DNA from: a virus
Taxonomy: Duplodnaviria; Caudoviricetes
IMG/VR virus record: IMGVR_UViG_3300005611_000110
Span: 1 to 33,928 of that record
DNA: 33,928 nucleotides
Strand: one strand, 5' to 3'
Of this stretch, positions 27,025-33,928 are shown piece after piece. The stretch's first letter is position 1; every line of letters begins with the position of its first letter. Under the pieces are notes generated by a model. It was given only the letters and a program-made list of their open reading frames with translations. It made no database searches and was not told the DNA's origin. Made by a program: the position numbers and the translations under genes.

Positions 27025-27243
27025 CGCGAACGCGAACAGCGAACAGAACTAAGGGTTCTGTTCTGTTCGTTCGCATTGTCTTGCTGTGCCATTTTTTGTT
27101 CGTTCGTTGTTCGCTCTTGTTCGCACCAGCCGCAAACCCGCATAAACACTGGGTTAGTCATTGTTCGCTCCTTGTTCGCTGCTGTTCGTTTCTTGCATCC
27201 AGGTAGCAGTTTTCTGGCCCACCGCGAACAAGACGATGTTCGC
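27025..27243. repeat. GTTCG/CGAAC iteron array, probable replication origin
   Basis: By hand count, 10 GTTCG and 4 CGAAC in ~220 bp; converging inverted arrays around 27050-27054; several copies 10-11 bp apart. Confidence 0.75.
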
Positions 27244-29070
27244 CTCTAACAGCGCATCAAGTGCGCGTTTCCAGGCCATTCTCAGCCGCGCTTTTGCCTT
27301 CGCGTCGGTAGGGTCCAGCTCTTCTTTTTCGGCCAACCAATAGTTGAAACTGTCCCTGGCGATGCCGACATTGATCTGTCCATTCTTGTCAGTTGCGTCG
27401 CGTAAACAATTCATCGCCTTGATCTGTGACTCATTCAATGACGCCTTGTTCGCGTTGATCTCATCGGCGCTGCACTTCGATAAATACACGCTGCTCTCGT
27501 CCGCAATCAAGCCGACCTCCGCGACATTCATCTTGAACAACATGTCATCAGCTGGCTCGGCGTCCTTCTGCTTCTCAGTCGATAGCGTGATGACGTCCAC
27601 TGATTTCTTCACAGCAATGCTTGTATCAACAGCTCCCAGGAGTGCGCTTGATCCACGCATGCCTTTGCCGCCGTCCTTACCTGAGTGGTGTATGCCCAGG
27701 ACTGCAGCCTTGGTGTGCTCTTTGATCGTGTCGCATGCCTTCACAAACTTACCCATATCTGTCGCGCTGTTCTCGTCAGCTCCTAGCAGTGCTCTTGCCA
27801 CCGTGTCGATAACCACAAGGCTGAACTGACCACTCTGGCTCTCAAGTTCGTCAATTGTGGCAAGCAGCTTTTCCACATCACCTGAGCCGGCAAAGTTCAC
27901 AGCAGTCGGCAGGATATAAAAAGGCAGCTCGTGCTCCACACAGCCTGCGCCCCGGTTGTTGATCCAGGCTTTCACCCGTTTGCCGAGACCGCCGACGCCC
28001 TCGCCTGCAATGTATAAAACTGCGCCCTGGTCTGTTGCCATGTCGTGAAAATCTCTGCCTGCAGCGACACTGAGCGCGATATCTAGCGCCACAAATGTCT
28101 TGCCGCATCCAGGCGGGCCATACATGACAGAAAACCCATGCCTGGTCAGCAGTGAGTTAGTCAGCCATTTGATCGGCGGCATCGACATCAGATCATTGAG
28201 CCGCATGACCTCGAAAACTGCAGGCTTTTCCTGCTCGATCTCCCCTGGGTCCGGCAGCTGCTCGATGATCGATTTAGCGGCCCTGGCTTTCGCAATAAGG
28301 CCCTCTTTAGTTTGTCCTGCTGCTAACCAGTCAACGATGTCGCCCTTGTTCGGCAGCTCCTGGCTTAGATCGAGCAGCTTGATATCTGCAGCGACGCCGA
28401 CCAGTGAGTTGATCACCTTGGCTGCGTGCTTTTCTCCTGCTGCATCATTGTCCGGGACGACAACGACCTTTCGATCTTTCAGCCACTGGCTATGCTCTTC
28501 GGTCCAGTTGCCTGAGCCGCCATTGTTCGTTGTGGCAACGATCCCAATCTCTCTGAGCCGGTCCACACACTTCTCACCTTCAACAATCCAAACGGCGCGC
28601 TTGTTGTGGTGCAAGATCTCCGGCAGGTTGTACGGAATCTTGCGTACATCCTTCAGGTTCCTGATCCAGCCGCCTTTGCCGTCGGGTCGCTGCTGCCTAA
28701 ATGTTTTGCTGCCATCAGCAAAGTCGGTGCGAATGACCTGGTACTCCAGGACACCGTGGTCACCGATGTAGTCGTAAGTCGTGATCTGATCGCGTTTTTG
28801 CGACGCAAAGGAAGGATCTTTTTCAATGTGAAACTTCTGTTCCAGGAAGTCGGCCATGTGTCCATTTGCTTCTGGATAGGCAATCTTGCATAGGTCAGTG
28901 AAGCCGCCAGACTCCTGGCTCTCGTGATCGAACCAGGTGCCTTTGTCTGTGTCGACACTCTTCGATCCCTGGCTACCGAAACGCAACTCTGACCCGTGGG
29001 ATAATCTTTTGTTCTCATCTCCCCACAGATCTCGCGCTACCTCAGCGATGTGTTCTGCATACTTGTTCAT
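27154..29070 (-). CDS. Primase-helicase (Toprim + AAA_25/RepA-like SF4 helicase), 638 aa
   Basis: Toprim IVEGEKCVD...PDNDAAG; Walker A GPPGCGKT; Walker B LVVIDT; HHSGKD...MRGSSALLGAVD. Confidence 0.92.
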   Translation of the reverse strand: MNKYAEHIAEVARDLWGDENKRLSHGSELRFGSQGSKSVDTDKGTWFDHESQESGGFTDLCKIAYPEANGHMADFLEQKFHIEKDPSFASQKRDQITTYDYIGDHGVLEYQVIRTDFADGSKTFRQQRPDGKGGWIRNLKDVRKIPYNLPEILHHNKRAVWIVEGEKCVDRLREIGIVATTNNGGSGNWTEEHSQWLKDRKVVVVPDNDAAGEKHAAKVINSLVGVAADIKLLDLSQELPNKGDIVDWLAAGQTKEGLIAKARAAKSIIEQLPDPGEIEQEKPAVFEVMRLNDLMSMPPIKWLTNSLLTRHGFSVMYGPPGCGKTFVALDIALSVAAGRDFHDMATDQGAVLYIAGEGVGGLGKRVKAWINNRGAGCVEHELPFYILPTAVNFAGSGDVEKLLATIDELESQSGQFSLVVIDTVARALLGADENSATDMGKFVKACDTIKEHTKAAVLGIHHSGKDGGKGMRGSSALLGAVDTSIAVKKSVDVITLSTEKQKDAEPADDMLFKMNVAEVGLIADESSVYLSKCSADEINANKASLNESQIKAMNCLRDATDKNGQINVGIARDSFNYWLAEKEELDPTDAKAKARLRMAWKRALDALLEANIVLFAVGQKTATWMQETNSSEQGANND

Positions 29071-29081
29071 AAATGCACCCT

Positions 29082-29107
29082 AAAAAAATGCCCCCGTTGC
29101 CGGGGGC
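29082..29107 (-). terminator. Intrinsic terminator between SSB-like and primase-helicase genes
   Basis: Minus GCCCCCG-GCAA-CGGGGGC-A-TTTTTTT. Confidence 0.85.
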
Positions 29108-29113
29108 TAATCG

Positions 29114-29689
29114 TCAAAACTCCCAGGTTTCATCGTCCGATGAAGATGCCGGCTGGGGTGCAGGTGCCGGCTCGGGAGCGGGTGTTGACACTGGTTCTGG
29201 CGCTGCAGCTGCTGGCGCTGCTTGACCCTCTGGCCGATCGGTCCAGCCGACAAGCTCGAATTGTGGCACTCGGGTCTGGCCTTTCCCGATCGCTTGCGCT
29301 ATTGCGCCGTTGTATTTGACCTTGGCAACTTTGCCCTGGTTGCTCGCTGCGCCGTTATGGATTGCAGGCCATACAGCTTCAAGTCCCATCTTGGGGCCGC
29401 TGCCTGTTGTGGTCCATTCACGCCAGCCGCTGTCCTTCAGGTAAACCATGACGCTGAATCCGCGCTTGTGATCTGGTGATGGTTGATGCCCACGCACTCC
29501 GGCACGCTCATCCCAGGACCATTCCGGTGCGACGCCTTCGCTGATTTTGCCCCAGCCAGTCTTAAGACTGTCCGGATCGATCAACAAACCCTTGAGCTCG
29601 ATCTCTTCGCCGTCGACTAACCACTGGTTCAACGATGGCTTGAAGCGGACGTACTCCGCAGCTGAATCACTCAGTCCTAACATACTCAT
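29114..29689 (-). CDS. ssDNA-binding-like protein, 191 aa
   Basis: Trp-rich core (LKTGWGKI...), Pro/Ala linker and acidic aromatic tail DDETWEF; start reset to 29689 after GAGGAG SD. Confidence 0.6.
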   Translation of the reverse strand: MSMLGLSDSAAEYVRFKPSLNQWLVDGEEIELKGLLIDPDSLKTGWGKISEGVAPEWSWDERAGVRGHQPSPDHKRGFSVMVYLKDSGWREWTTTGSGPKMGLEAVWPAIHNGAASNQGKVAKVKYNGAIAQAIGKGQTRVPQFELVGWTDRPEGQAAPAAAAPEPVSTPAPEPAPAPQPASSSDDETWEF

Positions 29690-29690
29690 A

Positions 29691-30101
29691 CTATTTCTCC
29701 TCACTCTCTTCGAGCGTTTCTCTGACGATGCCGCACCACAGCTCGAAACTGATTTCTGCGACGCTGTTGAAGTCATGCTGCTCATAGCAGTCATGACCAG
29801 GTCCCATCCAGTTCACAAAAACTTGGATAGGCTTCCTGTCCTGCTTGACGATTAACACGGGCCGACACTCCCTGGCAGCTGCTTGTGCTTCACACTGCAG
29901 CCAGAATGTCTTGAGGTCTGAGGGTACGCAGGTCGCGTACCTTTTACACTCGATACTCCAACCAGGCACACCCGACAGATCGTCACCGCCCTGCTGGTAT
30001 TGCTCCAGGTTTCGTTTGCAATCAAAGCCCAGGTTGTCCCGGATCTTGTTAGCGATCTCTCTCTCGAAAGCAGCGCCTTTGCGCCGGCTCATCGCACCCA
30101 T
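29691..30101 (-). CDS. Holliday-junction resolvase-like PD-(D/E)XK nuclease, 136 aa
   Basis: SRRKGAAFEREIA...GGDDL...WSIECKR...W.QC..QA...PVLIVKQDR. Confidence 0.85.
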   Translation of the reverse strand: MGAMSRRKGAAFEREIANKIRDNLGFDCKRNLEQYQQGGDDLSGVPGWSIECKRYATCVPSDLKTFWLQCEAQAAARECRPVLIVKQDRKPIQVFVNWMGPGHDCYEQHDFNSVAEISFELWCGIVRETLEESEEK

Positions 30102-30131
30102 TTGCGCCTCATGTCGTCAAGGTTTCGGGCA

Positions 30132-30165
30132 ATCTTATAGCAGCTGCTTGATCCTTTGGAATCAA
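30132..30165 (-). promoter_or_regulatory. Possible leftward promoter for the replication operon
   Basis: Minus TTGATT/TTCCAA ... TGCTATAAGAT; spacing ambiguous. Confidence 0.35.
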
Positions 30166-30171
30166 AAAGGT

Positions 30172-30200
30172 TTGCAATTCGGTAAACGTTTGTTTACTCT
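30172..30200 (+). promoter_or_regulatory. Rightward sigma70 early promoter with overlapping palindromic operator
   Basis: TTGCAA-17 bp-TACTCT; GTAAAC-N4-GTTTAC inverted repeat at 30182-30197. Confidence 0.7.
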
Positions 30201-30245
30201 ATCTGTGTGGTCGGTGTGGGACTGGCCCGGAAAGGAGAGTGAGAC

Positions 30246-30671
30246 ATGTACGAACGCAGTTACGGAATCAACTACCAGGCTGGCATGGACATCAAGGACA
30301 TTGCCAAAGAGGTCCGCAAAATGTTGAAGGCTGAGATGCCTGACTTCAAGTTCGCAGTTCGCATCGAGCGATTCGCCGGTGGTCAGAGCTTAAACATTGG
30401 CATCAAAGAGGTGCCTGCCGGTTTTCGGTTTGTTCGAGAAAATCCTAAAGACTTCGAGCGTGACTACCGCCCAATGGTTTGGACTGAGGAGTTACGCGAC
30501 GCCCAGGAGAAAGCCAGGGCGATCGGGTTGCGCTTCAACTACGACGGCAGCGAGATCCAGTTCGACTACTTCGACGTGAACTACTACTGTCATGCCTTCG
30601 TTGAGTTTCAGAGCCCAGCCTATGAAGCCCAGCGTGAGCAAGAACAAGCATTTATGAAGGTGGCGGCGTGA
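30246..30671 (+). CDS. LPD29-like early protein, 141 aa
   Basis: AKEVRKMLK...KFAVR..RFAGGQSLNI...YDGSEIQFDYFDVNYY resembles large-polyvalent-protein domain 29; AAGGAG SD. Confidence 0.7.
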   Translation: MYERSYGINYQAGMDIKDIAKEVRKMLKAEMPDFKFAVRIERFAGGQSLNIGIKEVPAGFRFVRENPKDFERDYRPMVWTEELRDAQEKARAIGLRFNYDGSEIQFDYFDVNYYCHAFVEFQSPAYEAQREQEQAFMKVAA

Positions 30672-30692
30672 GCCGCCCAGGAGGAGAGTGAG

Positions 30693-30962
30693 ATGAAATA
30701 CCAAAACTTAGCAAAAGTCGGCGACGTGATCCGCGCCTATGACTTTCAATACACCCGCGCCTGCTACCTTGAAGGCCGTGTGATTGCCAAGGGCATGATT
30801 ATGCACCCTAAGTATGGGATGCCATTGTACGACGGCTACACCATCGAGGTGACTGTGGACAGCACTGAGACTGGCCGCGACAAAGACATTGCCTACGTCC
30901 CATTTGAGACTGGTATGGACTACGACGGACGCGTTGAGATTGTTGAGGAGGCAGCAGCGTGA
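30693..30962 (+). CDS. Hypothetical early protein, 89 aa
   Basis: AGGAGG SD; KVGDVIRAYDF SH3-like start. Confidence 0.8.
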   Translation: MKYQNLAKVGDVIRAYDFQYTRACYLEGRVIAKGMIMHPKYGMPLYDGYTIEVTVDSTETGRDKDIAYVPFETGMDYDGRVEIVEEAAA

Positions 30963-31120
30963 AAGAGAAACGGATTATTGTGAGGGGCGCCGTTGTTCGG
31001 CGCCTTGAGTTTGACACTTTCGAGGAGGTCGAGGCTTACTTCTTAGACCACATCTGTTGCCGAGACATCAAGAGCAAAGTGATCGGCAAGGTGTTAATCA
31101 TTTGGGAGCGCGAGCAATGA
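30959..31120 (+). CDS. Hypothetical early protein, 53 aa
   Basis: Manual: GTG start in GTGA overlap after GGAGG; MKEKRIIVRGAVVRRLEFDTFEEVEAYFLDHICCRDIKSKVIGKVLIIWEREQ. Confidence 0.65.
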   Translation: MKEKRIIVRGAVVRRLEFDTFEEVEAYFLDHICCRDIKSKVIGKVLIIWEREQ

Positions 31121-31275
31121 CAATTGAATACGGCGACGTGCTTCACACAGTGTTCGGCCAGGTTGGTGTCGTCATTGAGATCAAACCAGGCAGCATCAAG
31201 ATCCGCATGGAGAATGGCGCTAAGGTTTTGATCCAGCGCAAACACATTGAGATGTTAATCAAGGCGGAGGATTGA
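31117..31275 (+). CDS. Small SH3/KOW-like protein, 52 aa
   Basis: ATGA overlap; MTIEYGDVLHTVFGQVGVVIEI...; start reset from the ORF track. Confidence 0.65.
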   Translation: MTIEYGDVLHTVFGQVGVVIEIKPGSIKIRMENGAKVLIQRKHIEMLIKAED

Positions 31276-31277
31276 TT

Positions 31278-31421
31278 ATGGACTTTATTAACGCAGCCGG
31301 CCTTGTCGCCCTGTTCTTTGGGATGTACCTGGGCGTCATGTTTGTTGGGTTTGTAGTCGATAAACTACTGCGCCGTGTGTTCAAGCGCGGCATCTTTCCA
31401 GAGGGGTATTTCAAATTATGA
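31278..31421 (+). CDS. Small single-pass membrane protein, 47 aa
   Basis: Manual: GGAGG SD; MDFINAAGLVALFFGMYLGVMFVGFVVDKLLRRVFKRGIFPEGYFKL. Confidence 0.7.
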   Translation: MDFINAAGLVALFFGMYLGVMFVGFVVDKLLRRVFKRGIFPEGYFKL

Positions 31422-31744
31422 GCGAGCGACTCGAGCTCGAGGTGAGCGAGCGATCATCTTCACCTGAATTAAAGTTATGGGCAGCAGTCGTTGCCCTGGC
31501 AATCAAAGACCTGGGCTTGAAGCCTGATAAATATAACAAGCTGCCAATAGAAACCAGGAGCGCTTTTCGTTTTCTTTTAACTGACCAGTCTGACTGGGCA
31601 TTTGAGGTCCTGGACTTGGACGCGACAGTCTTCCGCGAAAAAATCTACCGATTAATGCAGCAAGGCAGAGACAGACACTGGCGCACTGCTCGAATCAATC
31701 ATCAGCTGTACTGGCAGTTGATCGAGGAGGGCGGCGTCAAATGA
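31418..31744 (+). CDS. Hypothetical protein, 108 aa
   Basis: PELKLWAAVVALAIKDL motif; ATGA overlaps. Confidence 0.75.
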   Translation: MSERLELEVSERSSSPELKLWAAVVALAIKDLGLKPDKYNKLPIETRSAFRFLLTDQSDWAFEVLDLDATVFREKIYRLMQQGRDRHWRTARINHQLYWQLIEEGGVK

Positions 31745-31962
31745 TTAAGATCTATTACCAGCGCGTCGAGTTTGAGGGGAATGAATACGACATTCGATTC
31801 AGCGAAACGTCGCTCAACGACACTGAAGAGATGCCTGGCATGGAGCTGCTCGATGTCGATGGCATGGAGTCATACAGCGTACCGGCGCGTATCTGGGAGT
31901 ATTGCCAAGCGCAGATGGATACCAAGGTCGCACTAACAGACGAGGATTTATACAGATGGTAG
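31741..31962 (+). CDS. Hypothetical acidic protein, 73 aa
   Basis: GGAGG SD, ATGA overlap; strongly acidic. Confidence 0.7.
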   Translation: MIKIYYQRVEFEGNEYDIRFSETSLNDTEEMPGMELLDVDGMESYSVPARIWEYCQAQMDTKVALTDEDLYRW

Positions 31963-32909
31963 GTAAAGTCACCACAATCCAGAAGATGAGCGCGAGCCGT
32001 CTTCCAAACATCATGGGCTTCTCGCCCTGGTCGACGCCAAACGACGAGCTCAATCAAACGATCCGCGCCAGGAAGGAAGGCGTGCATCACTATGAGATCC
32101 AGGTCGGCGAGGCTGCAGACTGGGGCAATGACCTGGAGGATATTATCTTGACCAGGGCAGCCGAGCGCTTAGGGCTGACAGATCTGAAACTCGAGTATCC
32201 AGAGGCGTACAACTACAAAGATATTTTGCAGGCGTCGCTTGATGGTGGTGCCATGGCGCAGAACCTGGTTATCAATACGGACGTCGCCAGTAACATATAT
32301 GTTATGAACCAGGAAGGCAGCATTACCCTGGATGGTCCTGGTGTGCTCGAGGCCAAGCTCACTCGCGTCGCGCCTAGTGATACACCAGCTGCGTACCGTG
32401 GACCAATCCAGCTGCAAGGACAAATGCTCTGCACCGGCGCACAGTGGGGCGTGATCGCGACGTTGTACCAGGGAGTTGAGTTGTACCTGTATGTGTACAA
32501 GGCTAACCCAGAGATGCAGCAAAAAATTGTCATGGCGTGCTCCGACTTTGAGCGGCGTGTGCGTGATGAGGATTGGTATCCGGCGATGTCTGCAGCTGAG
32601 GCAGCCGACATGAAAGGCGACGCGCCTGAGAATGTTGAGATGGATGCTGACCAGGAGCTGCAAGAAAAGGTCGAGCGGTTAGCACATTTGCGAACCGAGT
32701 TGAAATCTTATGAGGCCCTGGTCGCTGATCTGCAGCTCGACATTATGAACAGCATGAAAGAGAAGGACGCAAACATTTGTAACGCTGGGCGCTACAAGAT
32801 CACCTGGCCTGTGCGGCGGATCAAAGCAAAGCCGGCGCAGACCAAAGAGATCGCAGCTGTTGAAGAGCGATGGGAGAGAGCCAAGACGCTAAAGGTGGAG
32901 GAGCTATGA
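31956..32909 (+). CDS. YqaJ / lambda-exonuclease-like nuclease, 317 aa
   Basis: MSASRLPNIMGFSPWST...DWGNDLE...QASLDG...VLEAKLT...IQLQGQMLCTGAQWG; start reset to MVGKVT. Confidence 0.88.
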   Translation: MVGKVTTIQKMSASRLPNIMGFSPWSTPNDELNQTIRARKEGVHHYEIQVGEAADWGNDLEDIILTRAAERLGLTDLKLEYPEAYNYKDILQASLDGGAMAQNLVINTDVASNIYVMNQEGSITLDGPGVLEAKLTRVAPSDTPAAYRGPIQLQGQMLCTGAQWGVIATLYQGVELYLYVYKANPEMQQKIVMACSDFERRVRDEDWYPAMSAAEAADMKGDAPENVEMDADQELQEKVERLAHLRTELKSYEALVADLQLDIMNSMKEKDANICNAGRYKITWPVRRIKAKPAQTKEIAAVEERWERAKTLKVEEL

Positions 32910-33157
32910 GCAGAGAGCAGATCGAGATCATCATCGCCATGTATCGAGAGGAGACGCCGTACTCCAAGATTGCAGCTGAGCTGGGCTTGACTGAGCACTC
33001 TGTCAAACATTGGGTTCGCCGCAATCGTAAGCTCTATGAGCTGCCAAGACGTCGGAACCTGGGTGAGAAGACAGGCGTCCTGTCTGAGTCAGTGATGCTC
33101 GACAGTAAATGGGACGTGCGGCGCGGCATCGAATGGATCAAGAGGAAATGGTTATGA
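32906..33157 (+). CDS. HTH DNA-binding protein, 83 aa
   Basis: YSKIAAELGLTEHSVKHWVRR HTH; GGAGGAG SD, ATGA overlap. Confidence 0.75.
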   Translation: MSREQIEIIIAMYREETPYSKIAAELGLTEHSVKHWVRRNRKLYELPRRRNLGEKTGVLSESVMLDSKWDVRRGIEWIKRKWL

Positions 33158-33333
33158 AAGTGACGATTGAGATTGAAGGCAAACCAGAAGAGTTCCAGGA
33201 AGTGTTTGTGCCGTCAGAAAAACAGACTGAGTTTCTGACAATGACATACGACGCATACACTGAAGCGTTGAAAAAATTCATTTGGGACAACATTGACCCA
33301 CACAAATTTATCAGGGGGAAAGATGGAGAGTAG
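33154..33333 (+). CDS. Hypothetical protein, 59 aa
   Basis: MKVTIEIEGKPEEFQE...; ATGA overlap. Confidence 0.65.
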   Translation: MKVTIEIEGKPEEFQEVFVPSEKQTEFLTMTYDAYTEALKKFIWDNIDPHKFIRGKDGE

Positions 33334-33544
33334 AGATCAGCAGCTGCTCGAGTTTATTCGAGACTTTGTCAGCGCCAATGGATACGCGCCGACGTTTGAA
33401 GAGATGATGGAAGGCATCGGCCTGGGCAACAAGAGATCAATCACTCTGTCCCTGGGCCGACTGGAGGCGGCGCATCGGATCAGAAGATCACCAGGAAAAA
33501 GCAGGTCAGTGCGTGTCCTGGACGCGACGCCCGTGGTAGACTAA
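33323..33544 (+). CDS. LexA-type DNA-binding domain protein lacking the peptidase domain, 73 aa
   Basis: QQLLEFIRDF...GYAPTFEEM...LGRLE...IRRSPGKSRSVRV aligns with the LexA N-terminal wHTH. Confidence 0.85.
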   Translation: MESRDQQLLEFIRDFVSANGYAPTFEEMMEGIGLGNKRSITLSLGRLEAAHRIRRSPGKSRSVRVLDATPVVD

Positions 33545-33561
33545 ATGTTCCAGCGAAACAC

Positions 33562-33928
33562 TCACTCCCGCTGGTTTCCCTCATGGCCCCCTTCGGGGGG
33601 CTTTTTTATTAAGCGCAGCTGAATCTTCGACTGCTTCTCTTGATTGAACCTGGCTGCCTTGCGCCGGTTCTGTCTCTTGGTGAGGATCTGTACATTACCT
33701 GGCACATCCAGGCCGCAGACCTGGCTATGGACCAGAGGTATGATGTGGTCGATCTCGTGCTTCACACCAGTATTGATAGATAGCAACTGTGCCTCAAGTC
33801 GTAGCCGGCGTAATTCCTTAACGCCTTCACTGGTTGCGACTCTTGCGTTTCTCTCAAAATATCTGCGACGCGCAACGCCTTGCTTGTGGTTTGCTGATTG
33901 AGCATAGCGCTTGGCTCTGTCTCTTTTA
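33562..33928 (-). CDS. HNH endonuclease (5' end truncated by window edge)
   Basis: HEIDHIIPL...VCGLDVPGNVQILTKRQNRRK; the frame stays open from 33786 to the window end. Confidence 0.8.
   Translation of the reverse strand, partial: KRDRAKRYAQSANHKQGVARRRYFERNARVATSEGVKELRRLRLEAQLLSINTGVKHEIDHIIPLVHSQVCGLDVPGNVQILTKRQNRRKAARFNQEKQSKIQLRLIKKPPEGGHEGNQRE
33586..33607 (+). terminator. Intrinsic terminator of the early operon
   Basis: GCCCCC-TTCG-GGGGGC-TTTTTT (cUUCGg tetraloop). Confidence 0.9.

Noticed and set aside
27009-27092. 27-codon minus ORF (MAQQDNANEQNRTL...) in the iteron array
   Set aside because: Its sequence is dictated by the repeats and there is no clear SD.
27025-27243. Mini-CRISPR interpretation of the repeats
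   Set aside because: Units are 5-7 bp with irregular spacing; no repeat-spacer structure or cas genes.
255-30101. Many plus-strand ORFs of 60-223 aa in the late/replication region
   Set aside because: Antisense shadows of well-supported minus-strand genes, without motifs or SD.

Overview
The window is an almost complete ~34 kb podovirus genome; the two end genes are truncated, both on the minus strand. It has a T7-like virion module (portal, scaffold, capsid, tail tubular A/B, four ejection proteins, tail fibre/tailspike) but no recognisable RNA polymerase, DNA polymerase or integrase, an architecture like marine HTVC010P-type phages. Minus strand 1-30101 carries lysis, tail, head, terminase and replication genes (Toprim+AAA primase-helicase, SSB-like protein, resolvase, HTH protein). 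Plus strand 30246-33544 is an early operon (LPD29-like, small ORFs, YqaJ exonuclease, HTH, LexA-like DNA-binding domain), which converges on an HNH gene. The most unusual signals are: (1) a 135-bp non-coding cluster at 25641-25773 between the replication and packaging modules, holding a 28-bp XerC/XerD dif-like site with a perfect XerD arm, a KOPS octamer pointing at that arm, two inverted DnaA boxes and an IHF-like site; (2) a 1082-aa ejection protein with ParB-like and divergent RelA/SpoT-like domains; (3) a GTTCG iteron array after the primase-helicase; (4) structured RNA leaders before the capsid gene and the fibre-accessory gene; (5) host-replisome docking motifs at protein C-termini. All family assignments are from motif recognition by eye; no searches were run.
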